From: Myxococcota bacterium | Lineage (GTDB): Bacteria > Myxococcota_A > UBA9160 > UBA4427 | Length of the DNA: 64,000 nt | Direction of reading: 5' to 3' | NCBI GenBank assembly: GCA_965250285.1 | Contig: OZ252299.1 | Coordinates: 4,544,001 to 4,608,000 of the forward strand | Shown: positions 9,340 through 17,747 of the stretch, one piece after another | How the letters are laid out: every line of letters begins with the position of its first letter | Numbering within the stretch: the first letter of the stretch is position 1 | The notes under the pieces: model-generated | What the model was told of the DNA's origin: nothing | The model's input: the letters and a program-made list of their open reading frames with translations, nothing else | The model's database searches: none | Program-made: the position numbers and the translations under genes

Positions 9340-10074
9340 ATGAAGCAGATCCTGATCGCGGCCCTCGTGCTCGTCCTTCCCGGCACCTCGACTGCGCAGG
9401 ACGTAGGTCACGAGCTGCTCGACGCCTCGGCCGGTTTTCCGATCGTGGTCTGGGGAAACCAGGAGATCACGACCCCGGAGTACGACGCGCTGGTGCTCCC
9501 GCCAGGATGGCTCCGCAACGAGCCGCGTGAGGGTGTCGGTCAGGCAGGCCAGTTCCTCCGCTCCCCGGGTCTTCCCGCCGACGGCCAGTTCACGACCCAG
9601 GAGCTGTACGGCTTCACCTGGCTGCATCAGGCGTCGGTCGTGGGCGTGGGCGGCAACCTCGACCCGGGCGGCCTTCTGACGGCGAACACCGTCGAGAAGC
9701 ACCACGAACTCGTGTGGCCAGCCGGCAGCAACGCGACCGTGCTGACGGCACCTGGCGGAGAGCAGTACATCCTCGTCTCTCGCGACGCGCAGCGCACGTC
9801 CGACACGCCGACCCTGCCGCCCGGCTGGACCCTGGATGTCAGGCTCGTTGCGTCGGACATCCTCGTCCAACTGCCCCTCCAGACCACGGTCATTCGGGCG
9901 GACAACGAGGACTCGTTCCAAGGCCCCGTCCCCGCCAGCGTCCTTCCGGTCCCCGCGCCCGTCCCCGTTCTGCCGACGCCCGGATGGGTCGTGATCGGCG
10001 CTTGTCTTCTCGCGAGCGGCGTGGCGCTCGCAAGCACAGCCGCCACGCCTCCGGGACTCATGAAGGACGGTTGA
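9340..10074 (+). CDS. Secreted protein with IPTL-CTERM-like sorting tail
   Basis: Signal peptide MKQILIAALVLVLPG. C-terminal VPVLPTPGWVVIGACLLASGVAL. Confidence 0.7.
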   Translation: MKQILIAALVLVLPGTSTAQDVGHELLDASAGFPIVVWGNQEITTPEYDALVLPPGWLRNEPREGVGQAGQFLRSPGLPADGQFTTQELYGFTWLHQASVVGVGGNLDPGGLLTANTVEKHHELVWPAGSNATVLTAPGGEQYILVSRDAQRTSDTPTLPPGWTLDVRLVASDILVQLPLQTTVIRADNEDSFQGPVPASVLPVPAPVPVLPTPGWVVIGACLLASGVALASTAATPPGLMKDG

Positions 10075-10092
10075 CCCGGCGCTCGGACGCGG

Positions 10093-10437
10093 GTAGCTGC
10101 TTCATTGAGCGTCGGCGCCGCCAACACGAGCGAGGCACTATGGATCTCGGCCGAGATCTCCGCCCAGGCCTGGCTCGAGAGCTCGCCCTGGGCCACGGCC
10201 TCCTGACCAGCCTGCTCCGCCTGTGCAATGAGCTCGCCGATCTGCGTCACGTCGGCTGCGACCGAGTCGGGGCAGACGTTGCGGAAGACGAAGGCGTTCG
10301 CCGCGCGATCCGATGCGGCACCAACCGCGTCGCGCGACAGCAGATCGTGCCGCTGCACGGCGTACTTCGTGATCCCACCGACGAGGGGGCCAGGCGTGAG
10401 GTTCAAAGCGATCGAGAATGCACGCCGCACCGGCGAG
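10093..10437 (-). pseudogene. Orphan 3' fragment paralogous to the C-terminal region of 19967..22000
   Basis: RRAFSIALNLTPGPLVGGITKYAVQRHDLLSRDAV...EQAGQEAVAQGE aligns almost residue for residue with about 20105..20450. An in-frame TAG lies shortly upstream and the N-terminal part is absent. Confidence 0.75.
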
Positions 10438-10843
10438 GTGGAGCAGGTCGCCGCGCGAACGAGCGAGGCGCCCGCCGAGTCGGGCGTTCGCTAGGCGCTT
10501 CGCGCACACAGACGTCGCCCCAGCGCTGGCTCGATGCCATCGGCGGCGTGGCGTCTGCTCTGCTCCCTGAGGCGTGCGCTGATTGCGCCCAACGGGTGGC
10601 CAGGACCGTCTCGGGCGAACTCTGCTCTGCGGAGAGTCCCTGATTCACAGGGGGGATGTGCCGATCGGCCCATGTCCCGGCTCTCGGCCAGCCCATAGGC
10701 TGTCTCCGAGAAGATTCGGATCGAGCGGCCGAAACGAGCCGCGGCGTCCGGACGGCCGGGCCCGGAGAAGATGAGAGACGTCGCGTCGGGGTCGGGCACA
10801 GCGGGGATGCAAGGCGGCAAGCCGACCCCGGGAGAGCCTGTTC

Positions 10844-11920
10844 ATGTCATGGCCTGATCGAGACTGCGGCGAGAGGCGTCGAACGCTGGGGCGGGCCGTC
10901 GCCCTACTCATGGCGACATTCGGCGCCCTCGCATGTGACGGCGAGAACTCGCCGCTGATCGTCGACGAGACGGCGATCATTGCGAACGCCGGCCTCAACG
11001 AGGTCGTGGCCTACGACGAGCCGAGCACGCTCTCGAACCCGGCGACGCCGAGTCGAGCGACCGACGAACCGCTCCTGCAGCCCTACGCCGTCGCGCTCGA
11101 CGAAGACGGTTCGATCTGGGTCGTCGAGAACGTGGGCGATCCCGGGGCGATGCAGCCTGCCGGACACATCCTCCGCTATGCGCCCTTCGATCTCTCCGAG
11201 CCCGAGGACGTCTTCGATGGGGTTCTCAGCTATCCCACCGATCTGGCGATCGGCGACGACGGGCGCATCTGGATCGCGAATTCGGGGCTCGATTGGACTG
11301 GAACCCCTCGCGGTGGCACATCGATCACGACCATCGCTCCAGGCGCCAACGTCGTGTCGGCGGGCTTCACCTTCGACAACACGAGCTTCGGCTACCCGCT
11401 CGGCGTGGCGCTCGATTCGAATGGAGACGTCTGGCTGACGACAACCTATGGCCTGTTGCTGATGTTCGCGTCTCCGGTGGACGAGATCGGCGGCATGGCC
11501 ACACCCGAGGTCATCATCGTCGGTTTCGGCGGCATGACCGACTTCTTCGACGAGCTGCGCGACGTCGTGCTGGATGACGAAGACGACGTCGTGGTTTCAG
11601 CCAGCCTCCGGGGACAGGGGCGCGTCATCGAGATCGCGCGCGACTCATGGGCAACGGGTGGGGCCGTGACGACCCTCGAAGCAGCCGACGTCGTGACCGA
11701 GCTGACGAGCGACCTCTACGGCAACTGGGGGATCGCCTTTGGCGAGAACGGAGACCTCTGGGTGGTGAACTCGACGGACCCAGACGACAACGCCGACAGC
11801 ACCGGCAGCCTGTTGCGATTCGCTTCGGACGTCACGGGGACGACCTTCGAGACCACGCCGACCCTCGAGATCGACCTGGACTCGCGATTCACGCTCAGCG
11901 TCGCCGTCGGGCGGCCTTGA
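10844..11920 (+). CDS. Acidic NHL/Vgb-like beta-propeller lipoprotein
   Basis: Lipobox-like ALAC. Repeated P..(V/L)A(L/I)D.DG.(I/V)W blades. Confidence 0.75.
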   Translation: MSWPDRDCGERRRTLGRAVALLMATFGALACDGENSPLIVDETAIIANAGLNEVVAYDEPSTLSNPATPSRATDEPLLQPYAVALDEDGSIWVVENVGDPGAMQPAGHILRYAPFDLSEPEDVFDGVLSYPTDLAIGDDGRIWIANSGLDWTGTPRGGTSITTIAPGANVVSAGFTFDNTSFGYPLGVALDSNGDVWLTTTYGLLLMFASPVDEIGGMATPEVIIVGFGGMTDFFDELRDVVLDDEDDVVVSASLRGQGRVIEIARDSWATGGAVTTLEAADVVTELTSDLYGNWGIAFGENGDLWVVNSTDPDDNADSTGSLLRFASDVTGTTFETTPTLEIDLDSRFTLSVAVGRP

Positions 11921-11923
11921 GCC

Positions 11924-12190
11924 GTGCGCGCCTGGGAGTGTCCGCGAGGTCGCTTCCTGGTCGGTCGATCCGGGGGGCTGGACAGATGCACCGACGACGG
12001 GGGGCCGGTGCTGATCGATGTCCCCTTCGAGGTGGACGCACCGCTGGCCGACGGCACGACCGATCGACTCGTCGTCTACCTGAGTGCGGTGGTCGGCGCT
12101 TTCGCGACCCCGGAGTCGATCGGATCCTACGAAGCGAGCGCGACCATGACGGGCGAAGCAAGCGTGAGAAAGGTGGGCGAGGGCGAGTAG
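11924..12190 (+). CDS. Possible short hypothetical protein or gene fragment
   Basis: The 3' half has coding-like codon usage. No motif recognised and no clear RBS. Confidence 0.25.
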   Translation: MRAWECPRGRFLVGRSGGLDRCTDDGGPVLIDVPFEVDAPLADGTTDRLVVYLSAVVGAFATPESIGSYEASATMTGEASVRKVGEGE

Positions 12191-12320
12191 CGACACTCGA
12201 GCTGCTCGCTCTTCCGGCCTTCGCACCGTTCGTACGCGATTAGCCCGACGGGCGGTCGGTCCGGTCTGGCGAGAAGGGGTCTCTGCAGCGGATTCGCCGA
12301 TGGGTGGGCGGGTAGCGCAC

Positions 12321-14333
12321 TCAGCTCGCCTGGGCGCTCCAGCCGAGCTCGCGGGCCCGCGCGCGCGCCTGCGCGGGGATGTCGGCGGCCACGAGCTGCG
12401 CATGCATGACCTGCACGCCGATCATGTGGTTGAAGACCGCATCGAGTGTGTTGCGCGTGGCGACGGTCGTCCCCGGTGCATCGTGCTGGGCGAAGAGTCG
12501 GGCGACGCCCTCCGCAGAGAGGAGCCCCGCCGCTTCGATCGCGCCCGGAGAGAGATGGCGGTCGGCGAGAGCCTGCATGGCCTTCCACTTCTCGGGGTCC
12601 GTATGCGCCGGCGGCGCCATGAAGGCGAACTTCTCGCGTTCGTAGAGGACGCGCGGGAGCAGGCCGCGCATCGCCTCGCGCAGCACCCACTTCTCGGTTC
12701 GGCCCTTGATTCGAACGGTGGGCGGAAGCGTGGCCGCGACCTCGGCCAGGTGGTGGTCGAGAAAGGCGGGGCGAGCCTCCATCGAGTTCGCCATGTCGAC
12801 CCGGTCTCCGCCCCAGGTCAAGATCTGGCCCTCGAGCATCGTCTTGATCCACACGTACTGCGCGCGGTCGAGGGGATGGCGGCCCTTCATCGCGTCGGCG
12901 TCGAGCGCCTCTGCAATCGCCCGACCCGGCTCATAGCCGGCCAGGTCGGCTGCGATGTCGGGGTGGAGAATGCCCGGCACATGCGTCGAGGCCGCGAGCC
13001 AGGGCTGAAGGCAGGCGGGCGTGAAGCCCACTCGGTCGACGAGCGCGGCGTCGGTGACCGTGTCCTCGGCCAGCATCGCGCCCTTGAAGAGCGCGTTCTT
13101 CTCGTGGAGCGTCGCCTCCCACTCGCGTCGATCGGCTTCGGGCAGATCGTCGAGCCCGTGCAGAAAGAGGTCGTTTCGAAACGCGGGATAGCCGGCAAAG
13201 AGCTCGTCCGAGCCTTCGCCGGTGACGACGACCTTGTATCCGGCGTCGCGGACGTGCCGGCTCATGAGCAGCTTGGCCACGGCGAGCGTGTTGTAGATCG
13301 ACCGCTCGGTGTGCCAGAGCGTCTCTTCGAAGTGGTCGTAGAGATGCGTGGCATCGAGGCGCAGCACATCTTGATCGGCGCCGACCGCTTCGGCCATCTC
13401 GCGCGCGATGGGCGTCTCGTCGTACTCCGCGCTGTCGAAGCCGATCGTGAAGGCTTTGACCGGCGATTGCTGGGCCGCCGAGGCCAGCCCGAGGATCGAG
13501 CACGAGTCGATGCCGCCGGACAGGTAACAGCCGACGGGGACGTCGGCTTCGAGCCGGAGCTGCACGGCCTCGAGGAGCCCCGCGCGCACCGCCTCCACGC
13601 ATTCGTCGTCCGAGAGCTTCGCGTGGCCGCCCTTCTCGGGGAAGTCGATGTCCCAGTAGCGGCGCTCCTCGACCGTGAGTCTTCCGTCCCGGCGGCGGAC
13701 GCGGACCGCATGGCCGGGTGAGACCTGGCGAACGCCTGCGAAGGCCGTCGTGCCGGGGACGATCGTCTGCATCAGCTGGTGGTAGACGCCCTGCGGATCG
13801 AATCGACGCGGCACGTCGGGGTGGGCGAAGAGCACCTTGAGCTCGGAGCCGAAGACCAGCGCGTCGTCGGTCGCGACGTAGTAGAGCGGCTTGATCCCGA
13901 AGCGGTCGCGCACCAGCGTGAGCTCGTCCTCCTCGCGGTCGTAGACCGCGAAGGCGAACTCGCCGCGCAGGTGTTCGAGGGTGGCGTCGATGCCGAGGCG
14001 CGGCGCCATGTGGAGGACCAGCTCCGAGTCGCTCTTCGTGACGAACCGGGCCCCCCGCGCAGTGAGGTCCGCCCGGAGTCGCTTGTAGTCATAGAACTCG
14101 CCGTTCTGGGCGAGCAGCCAGCGGCCGTCCCGGCTGACGAAGGGCTGGCGGCCACGCTCCTCGTCGAGGTCGATGATCGACAGCCGCGCGTGGCTCATGC
14201 CGACGCCGTCCATCGTCTTCCAGCCGAAGCCATCGGGACCGCGGTGGTATTGGATCGCCGCCATCGCGACCAGGGTGTCGGGGTCGACGGGGCGCGCTCG
14301 GTCGGCGTGGAAGACGCCAGCGATGCCACACAT
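12321..14333 (-). CDS. asnB: Asparagine synthase (glutamine-hydrolysing) family amidotransferase
   Basis: MCGIAG (Ntn Cys), HRGPD, HARLSIID, NGEFY, RDRFGIKPLYY, LSGGIDS, TGEGSDELFAGY, SMEARPAFLD. Confidence 0.93.
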   Translation of the reverse strand: MCGIAGVFHADRARPVDPDTLVAMAAIQYHRGPDGFGWKTMDGVGMSHARLSIIDLDEERGRQPFVSRDGRWLLAQNGEFYDYKRLRADLTARGARFVTKSDSELVLHMAPRLGIDATLEHLRGEFAFAVYDREEDELTLVRDRFGIKPLYYVATDDALVFGSELKVLFAHPDVPRRFDPQGVYHQLMQTIVPGTTAFAGVRQVSPGHAVRVRRRDGRLTVEERRYWDIDFPEKGGHAKLSDDECVEAVRAGLLEAVQLRLEADVPVGCYLSGGIDSCSILGLASAAQQSPVKAFTIGFDSAEYDETPIAREMAEAVGADQDVLRLDATHLYDHFEETLWHTERSIYNTLAVAKLLMSRHVRDAGYKVVVTGEGSDELFAGYPAFRNDLFLHGLDDLPEADRREWEATLHEKNALFKGAMLAEDTVTDAALVDRVGFTPACLQPWLAASTHVPGILHPDIAADLAGYEPGRAIAEALDADAMKGRHPLDRAQYVWIKTMLEGQILTWGGDRVDMANSMEARPAFLDHHLAEVAATLPPTVRIKGRTEKWVLREAMRGLLPRVLYEREKFAFMAPPAHTDPEKWKAMQALADRHLSPGAIEAAGLLSAEGVARLFAQHDAPGTTVATRNTLDAVFNHMIGVQVMHAQLVAADIPAQARARARELGWSAQAS

Positions 14334-14344
14334 GGGACGGACTC

Positions 14345-15418
14345 CTACCGGTAGGTCTTCAGCATGGCCGAGAGCAGCGCCATGCGGATGAAGACCGCGC
14401 CGCGAGCCTGCGCGAAGTACCAGTTGTGAGGGGTGCGGTCGAGATCACGGGCGAGCTCCTCGCCGCGAGCGAGGGGGTGGAGCACGATGGCGCCGGCCTT
14501 GAAGGGAGAGCTCGCGTCGAGCCGGAACCGTGCGCCCATCGACTCGTAGTCGTCGCCCTTCCAGGCGATCGCGTTGATGTAGACGGCGTCGAGCTCGGGC
14601 AGCACGGGCTCCAGCTCGTTGACGACCGAGAAGCGCAGCCCCGCCTTCTCGAGCTCCTCCCGCTGGTCGGACGAGAAGGGCTCGGGCTCGTCGCTGATGA
14701 TGTCGATCTGCTCGATGTTGGCCGCGAACTGCGAGAGCAGGATGAGCAGGCTGCGAACGGTGCGCATCTGCGAGGGGACACCCACGATCCCGATTCGGGG
14801 TGGCGCCTCGACCCCATCTTCCGCGAGGTCCGGACGCCACTTGAGCAGGGCGTAGAGATCGGCCAGTGCCTGGGTGGGATGCTCGTCGATCCCGTTGCCC
14901 GCGTTGATGATCGGAACGCGGAGCGAGTCGAGCATGTCATAGACCGAGTGCTCGTCGCTGTCACGCAGCACGACGACGTCACCATAGTGGTTCAGCATCT
15001 CGGCGATGTCAGAGAGCGACTCGCCCTTGGCGAGCCCGGTGGAGAGCGGGTCGGTGATCGACATGACGTCGCCGCCGAGACGATGCCAGGCGCTCTCGAA
15101 GGAGAGCCGCGTCCGCGTGCTGGGCTCGTAGAAGGCGCTGACCAGGATCTTGCCCGTGAGCGGGCGGCTGATCACCTGGGGCTGTGTCTCGTAACGGGCG
15201 GCGAGCCGCGAGAGCTGCACGATCTGGTCGCGGTCGAACTGGCGGGCCGAGATCACCGGTCGGTCCGAGATCTCGAGCAGCGGCGCGAGATTCTCGGCGA
15301 TCGACTCGATCAGCTCTCGCGGGCGCTCGAAGCCCTGGATATCGAGCTCGTGCTCCTCGCTGGCGAGCCCGTCTTCGAGCGCAAGCTCGAGTGTTCTCCG
15401 TTTCTTCGGGTCTACCAC
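14345..15418 (-). CDS. Aspartate/ornithine carbamoyltransferase family protein (PyrB-like, atypical acceptor site)
   Basis: FYEPSTRTRLSFE, KGESL, NAGNG..EHPTQ, RTVRS, HPLAR. Likely GTG start at 15418 after GGAG (ORF track gives 15448). Confidence 0.88.
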   Translation of the reverse strand: MVDPKKRRTLELALEDGLASEEHELDIQGFERPRELIESIAENLAPLLEISDRPVISARQFDRDQIVQLSRLAARYETQPQVISRPLTGKILVSAFYEPSTRTRLSFESAWHRLGGDVMSITDPLSTGLAKGESLSDIAEMLNHYGDVVVLRDSDEHSVYDMLDSLRVPIINAGNGIDEHPTQALADLYALLKWRPDLAEDGVEAPPRIGIVGVPSQMRTVRSLLILLSQFAANIEQIDIISDEPEPFSSDQREELEKAGLRFSVVNELEPVLPELDAVYINAIAWKGDDYESMGARFRLDASSPFKAGAIVLHPLARGEELARDLDRTPHNWYFAQARGAVFIRMALLSAMLKTYR

Positions 15419-15534
15419 AGGCGTCTCCCGCGGGCGTCGCGGATCCACAGCACCACGAGGATGACGGGCGCGAGGGTCGCTACGACAGTCGCGAGGGTCA
15501 CCAATGCGCTCAGGAATCCGACGGAGGCTGTCAT
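15412..15534 (-). CDS. 40-aa single-pass membrane protein
   Basis: MTASVGFLSALVTLATVVATLAPVILVVLWIRDARGRRLW. AAGGAG RBS; the stop overlaps the next start. Confidence 0.7.
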   Translation of the reverse strand: MTASVGFLSALVTLATVVATLAPVILVVLWIRDARGRRLW

Positions 15535-15547
15535 CGTCGTGTCTCCT

Positions 15548-16978
15548 TCATCCTTCGGTTCCGCCGAGTGAAGACCAATCGAAGGGCTCCGGGGCCACAC
15601 GGACAGCGACGCACACGATGGCCATCGAGACGGCCGCCGAGACCAGTGCGGCCACGTAGAAGCCGATCGTCGAGTAGGCGATCAGTCCCGCCGCCGTCCC
15701 GAGGAACATCGCCGCCGACGCACCGACGGGGCTCGCGTTGCGCCAGTAGAGCCCGGTCGCGATCGGCCAGATCGTGCTGGCGACGAACGCGCCCGTGAAG
15801 TGGAGCAGCTCGGCGAGGGTGGCGAGCCTCGGCATGCAGAGGGCCCAGGTGAGCACGCCGATCCCGAGCACGATCCAGCGCGCCGCACGCGCGAGCTCTG
15901 CGGCGTCGGCATCGGGCCGGAGGTGCCCCTTGTAGAGGTCGGTCAGCACGAGATCGGAGGTGGCGGCGAGCAGCGAGTCGAGGCTCGAAGCGAGCGCAGC
16001 GAAGACGACGATGAAGACGAGGATCGCGCCGCCCTGGCCGAGCAGGTGAGCGGCCACCATCGGCCCGACCATGTCGGCAGACGGCACGTTCAGGCCGAGC
16101 GCGGGCACGGTCAGCGCGACGAACCCCGCGACGATGGGAACCGGGATCCAGAGGGCGCCGGCGATCAGGTAGGCGGGCAGACCCACCCCCTCCCGAAACG
16201 CGAAGGCTCGGCTCCACCAGACATTCGAGTGGAAGATCTCGCCGACACCGAAGAGCAGGTTGTTGAAGAGGAACATGATGGCGGCGGGGAAGAGCAGATT
16301 GAGGAGCTCGGGGCGCTCGGCCAGGGTGGCCTCGTGCATGCGATCGAAGCCGACGCGATCGATCGCGAGCCACGCCAGCACGCTCACGCCGACCAGGATG
16401 ATGACGGTCTGGATGAAGTCGGTTCCGATCACGGCGCGCAGGCCACCGAGCAACGTGTAGGCGACGCAGATTGCCACGATGACGGTCATGCCGAGGCGGT
16501 ACTCGATGCCCGTCAATGCGTGGATCAGGACCCCGCCCGCCGTGCCCATCGAGATCAGCCAGCCCAGGGCGTAGAAGAGCGAGATGGCGAGGAAGATCCG
16601 CCAGGCCGTCTTGCCGTAGCGGAGCCGAATGAAATCGCCGCTCGTGAAGCCGCCGGGCATCAGGCTCCGGATGCGGCGGGCAAGCGGAGCGAAGAGCAGC
16701 AGGCCGACGGCGCCCAGCGAGTAGCCGATCATGCCCCAGACCCCGAGCTGCAGCGCCAGCTGGGGAGCGGCCATGGTCGTGTTGCTCGTGACCCAGGTGG
16801 CCATCGCGGTGGCGACGCCCAGCGCCAGCCCCACGCGACGCCCCGCGAGCATGAAGCCCTCGAGATCCTCGGTCTCCCGCCCGAAGTACCAGCCGAGCGC
16901 GACCCACAAGACACTGAACGCCGCGAGGATGCCCCAGCCGACGTTCGGATCGAGGATGGCGGTCTGGACTTCACTCAT
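15548..16978 (-). CDS. Sodium:solute symporter (SSS; urea/DUR3-like)
   Basis: Many TM helices, FMLAGRRVG, YTLLGGLRAVIGTDFIQ, AALASSLDSLLAA. Confidence 0.9.
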   Translation of the reverse strand: MSEVQTAILDPNVGWGILAAFSVLWVALGWYFGRETEDLEGFMLAGRRVGLALGVATAMATWVTSNTTMAAPQLALQLGVWGMIGYSLGAVGLLLFAPLARRIRSLMPGGFTSGDFIRLRYGKTAWRIFLAISLFYALGWLISMGTAGGVLIHALTGIEYRLGMTVIVAICVAYTLLGGLRAVIGTDFIQTVIILVGVSVLAWLAIDRVGFDRMHEATLAERPELLNLLFPAAIMFLFNNLLFGVGEIFHSNVWWSRAFAFREGVGLPAYLIAGALWIPVPIVAGFVALTVPALGLNVPSADMVGPMVAAHLLGQGGAILVFIVVFAALASSLDSLLAATSDLVLTDLYKGHLRPDADAAELARAARWIVLGIGVLTWALCMPRLATLAELLHFTGAFVASTIWPIATGLYWRNASPVGASAAMFLGTAAGLIAYSTIGFYVAALVSAAVSMAIVCVAVRVAPEPFDWSSLGGTEG

Positions 16979-17747
16979 GCTCGGCCTTTGCGAGTGCCTC
17001 GACCTCGTCGATCGCTTCTGCCGTGGAGAGCACGCGTGCGTAGCGATCCCTCAGCGTGGTGATGGTGGCCTCCTGGAGCTCGGGCGTGACGGTCGCGCAA
17101 CCGTCACCGATCAGTGTCACATAGTAGCCGAGGTCGCAGGCGTCCCGGATCGCGGTCGAGACGCACTCGTTCGAGTACACCCCCGTGACAAAGAGCGCGT
17201 TGACGTCGAGATTGCGCAGGACATAGTTCAGGTTGGTCGAGTTGAAGACGCCGGACGCCGTCTTGCTGATCACGATCTCGTCGGACGCGGGGGCCACGAT
17301 CTCGACGAACTCCGCCTCCTTCGACCCGGGCGGCGCATGGAGACCGAGGCGCTTGTGGCCCGGGCTGCGATCGCGGCCGTTCGCGGTCAGCGAGGCGATG
17401 CGGGTGTGGATGACCTCGAGCCCTGCGCCTCGAAATGCGTCTTGCAGCCGGCGCACGTTCGGCAGCACCACGTTTTCGAGCCTTCCGAAGTAGTACTCCT
17501 GGGCCTCGAGCGGCACCCCCGAGGCCTCGACGCGCGCAAAGACACCGTGGCCGCGAACGGCGTCGAGGTACTGCATGTCGATGCAGAGCAGCGCCGTATG
17601 CGCCCCCCGAAGCGAACGCTGAAGCGCCGGCGTCTCGGTGAAGGCCTCCCGATAGGGGGCCTTCAGCGGGTCGACGTTCAGAAACGACGGGTGATCGAAT
17701 CGGACGGTCGGCTGACCCAGCGGTCCCTCTTCGTCCTCGTCGTTCAT
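16971..17747 (-). CDS. Isochorismatase-family cysteine hydrolase (amidase)
   Basis: ALLCIDMQ (Asp), ISKTASGVFNST (Lys), GVYSNECVSTAIRDACDLGY (Cys). ATG 17747 overlaps the upstream stop. Confidence 0.88.
   Translation of the reverse strand: MNDEDEEGPLGQPTVRFDHPSFLNVDPLKAPYREAFTETPALQRSLRGAHTALLCIDMQYLDAVRGHGVFARVEASGVPLEAQEYYFGRLENVVLPNVRRLQDAFRGAGLEVIHTRIASLTANGRDRSPGHKRLGLHAPPGSKEAEFVEIVAPASDEIVISKTASGVFNSTNLNYVLRNLDVNALFVTGVYSNECVSTAIRDACDLGYYVTLIGDGCATVTPELQEATITTLRDRYARVLSTAEAIDEVEALAKAEHE

Noticed and set aside
14345..15418. Calling this the housekeeping pyrB
   Set aside because: The RxQ aspartate-binding motif is missing and there is no pyr gene context.
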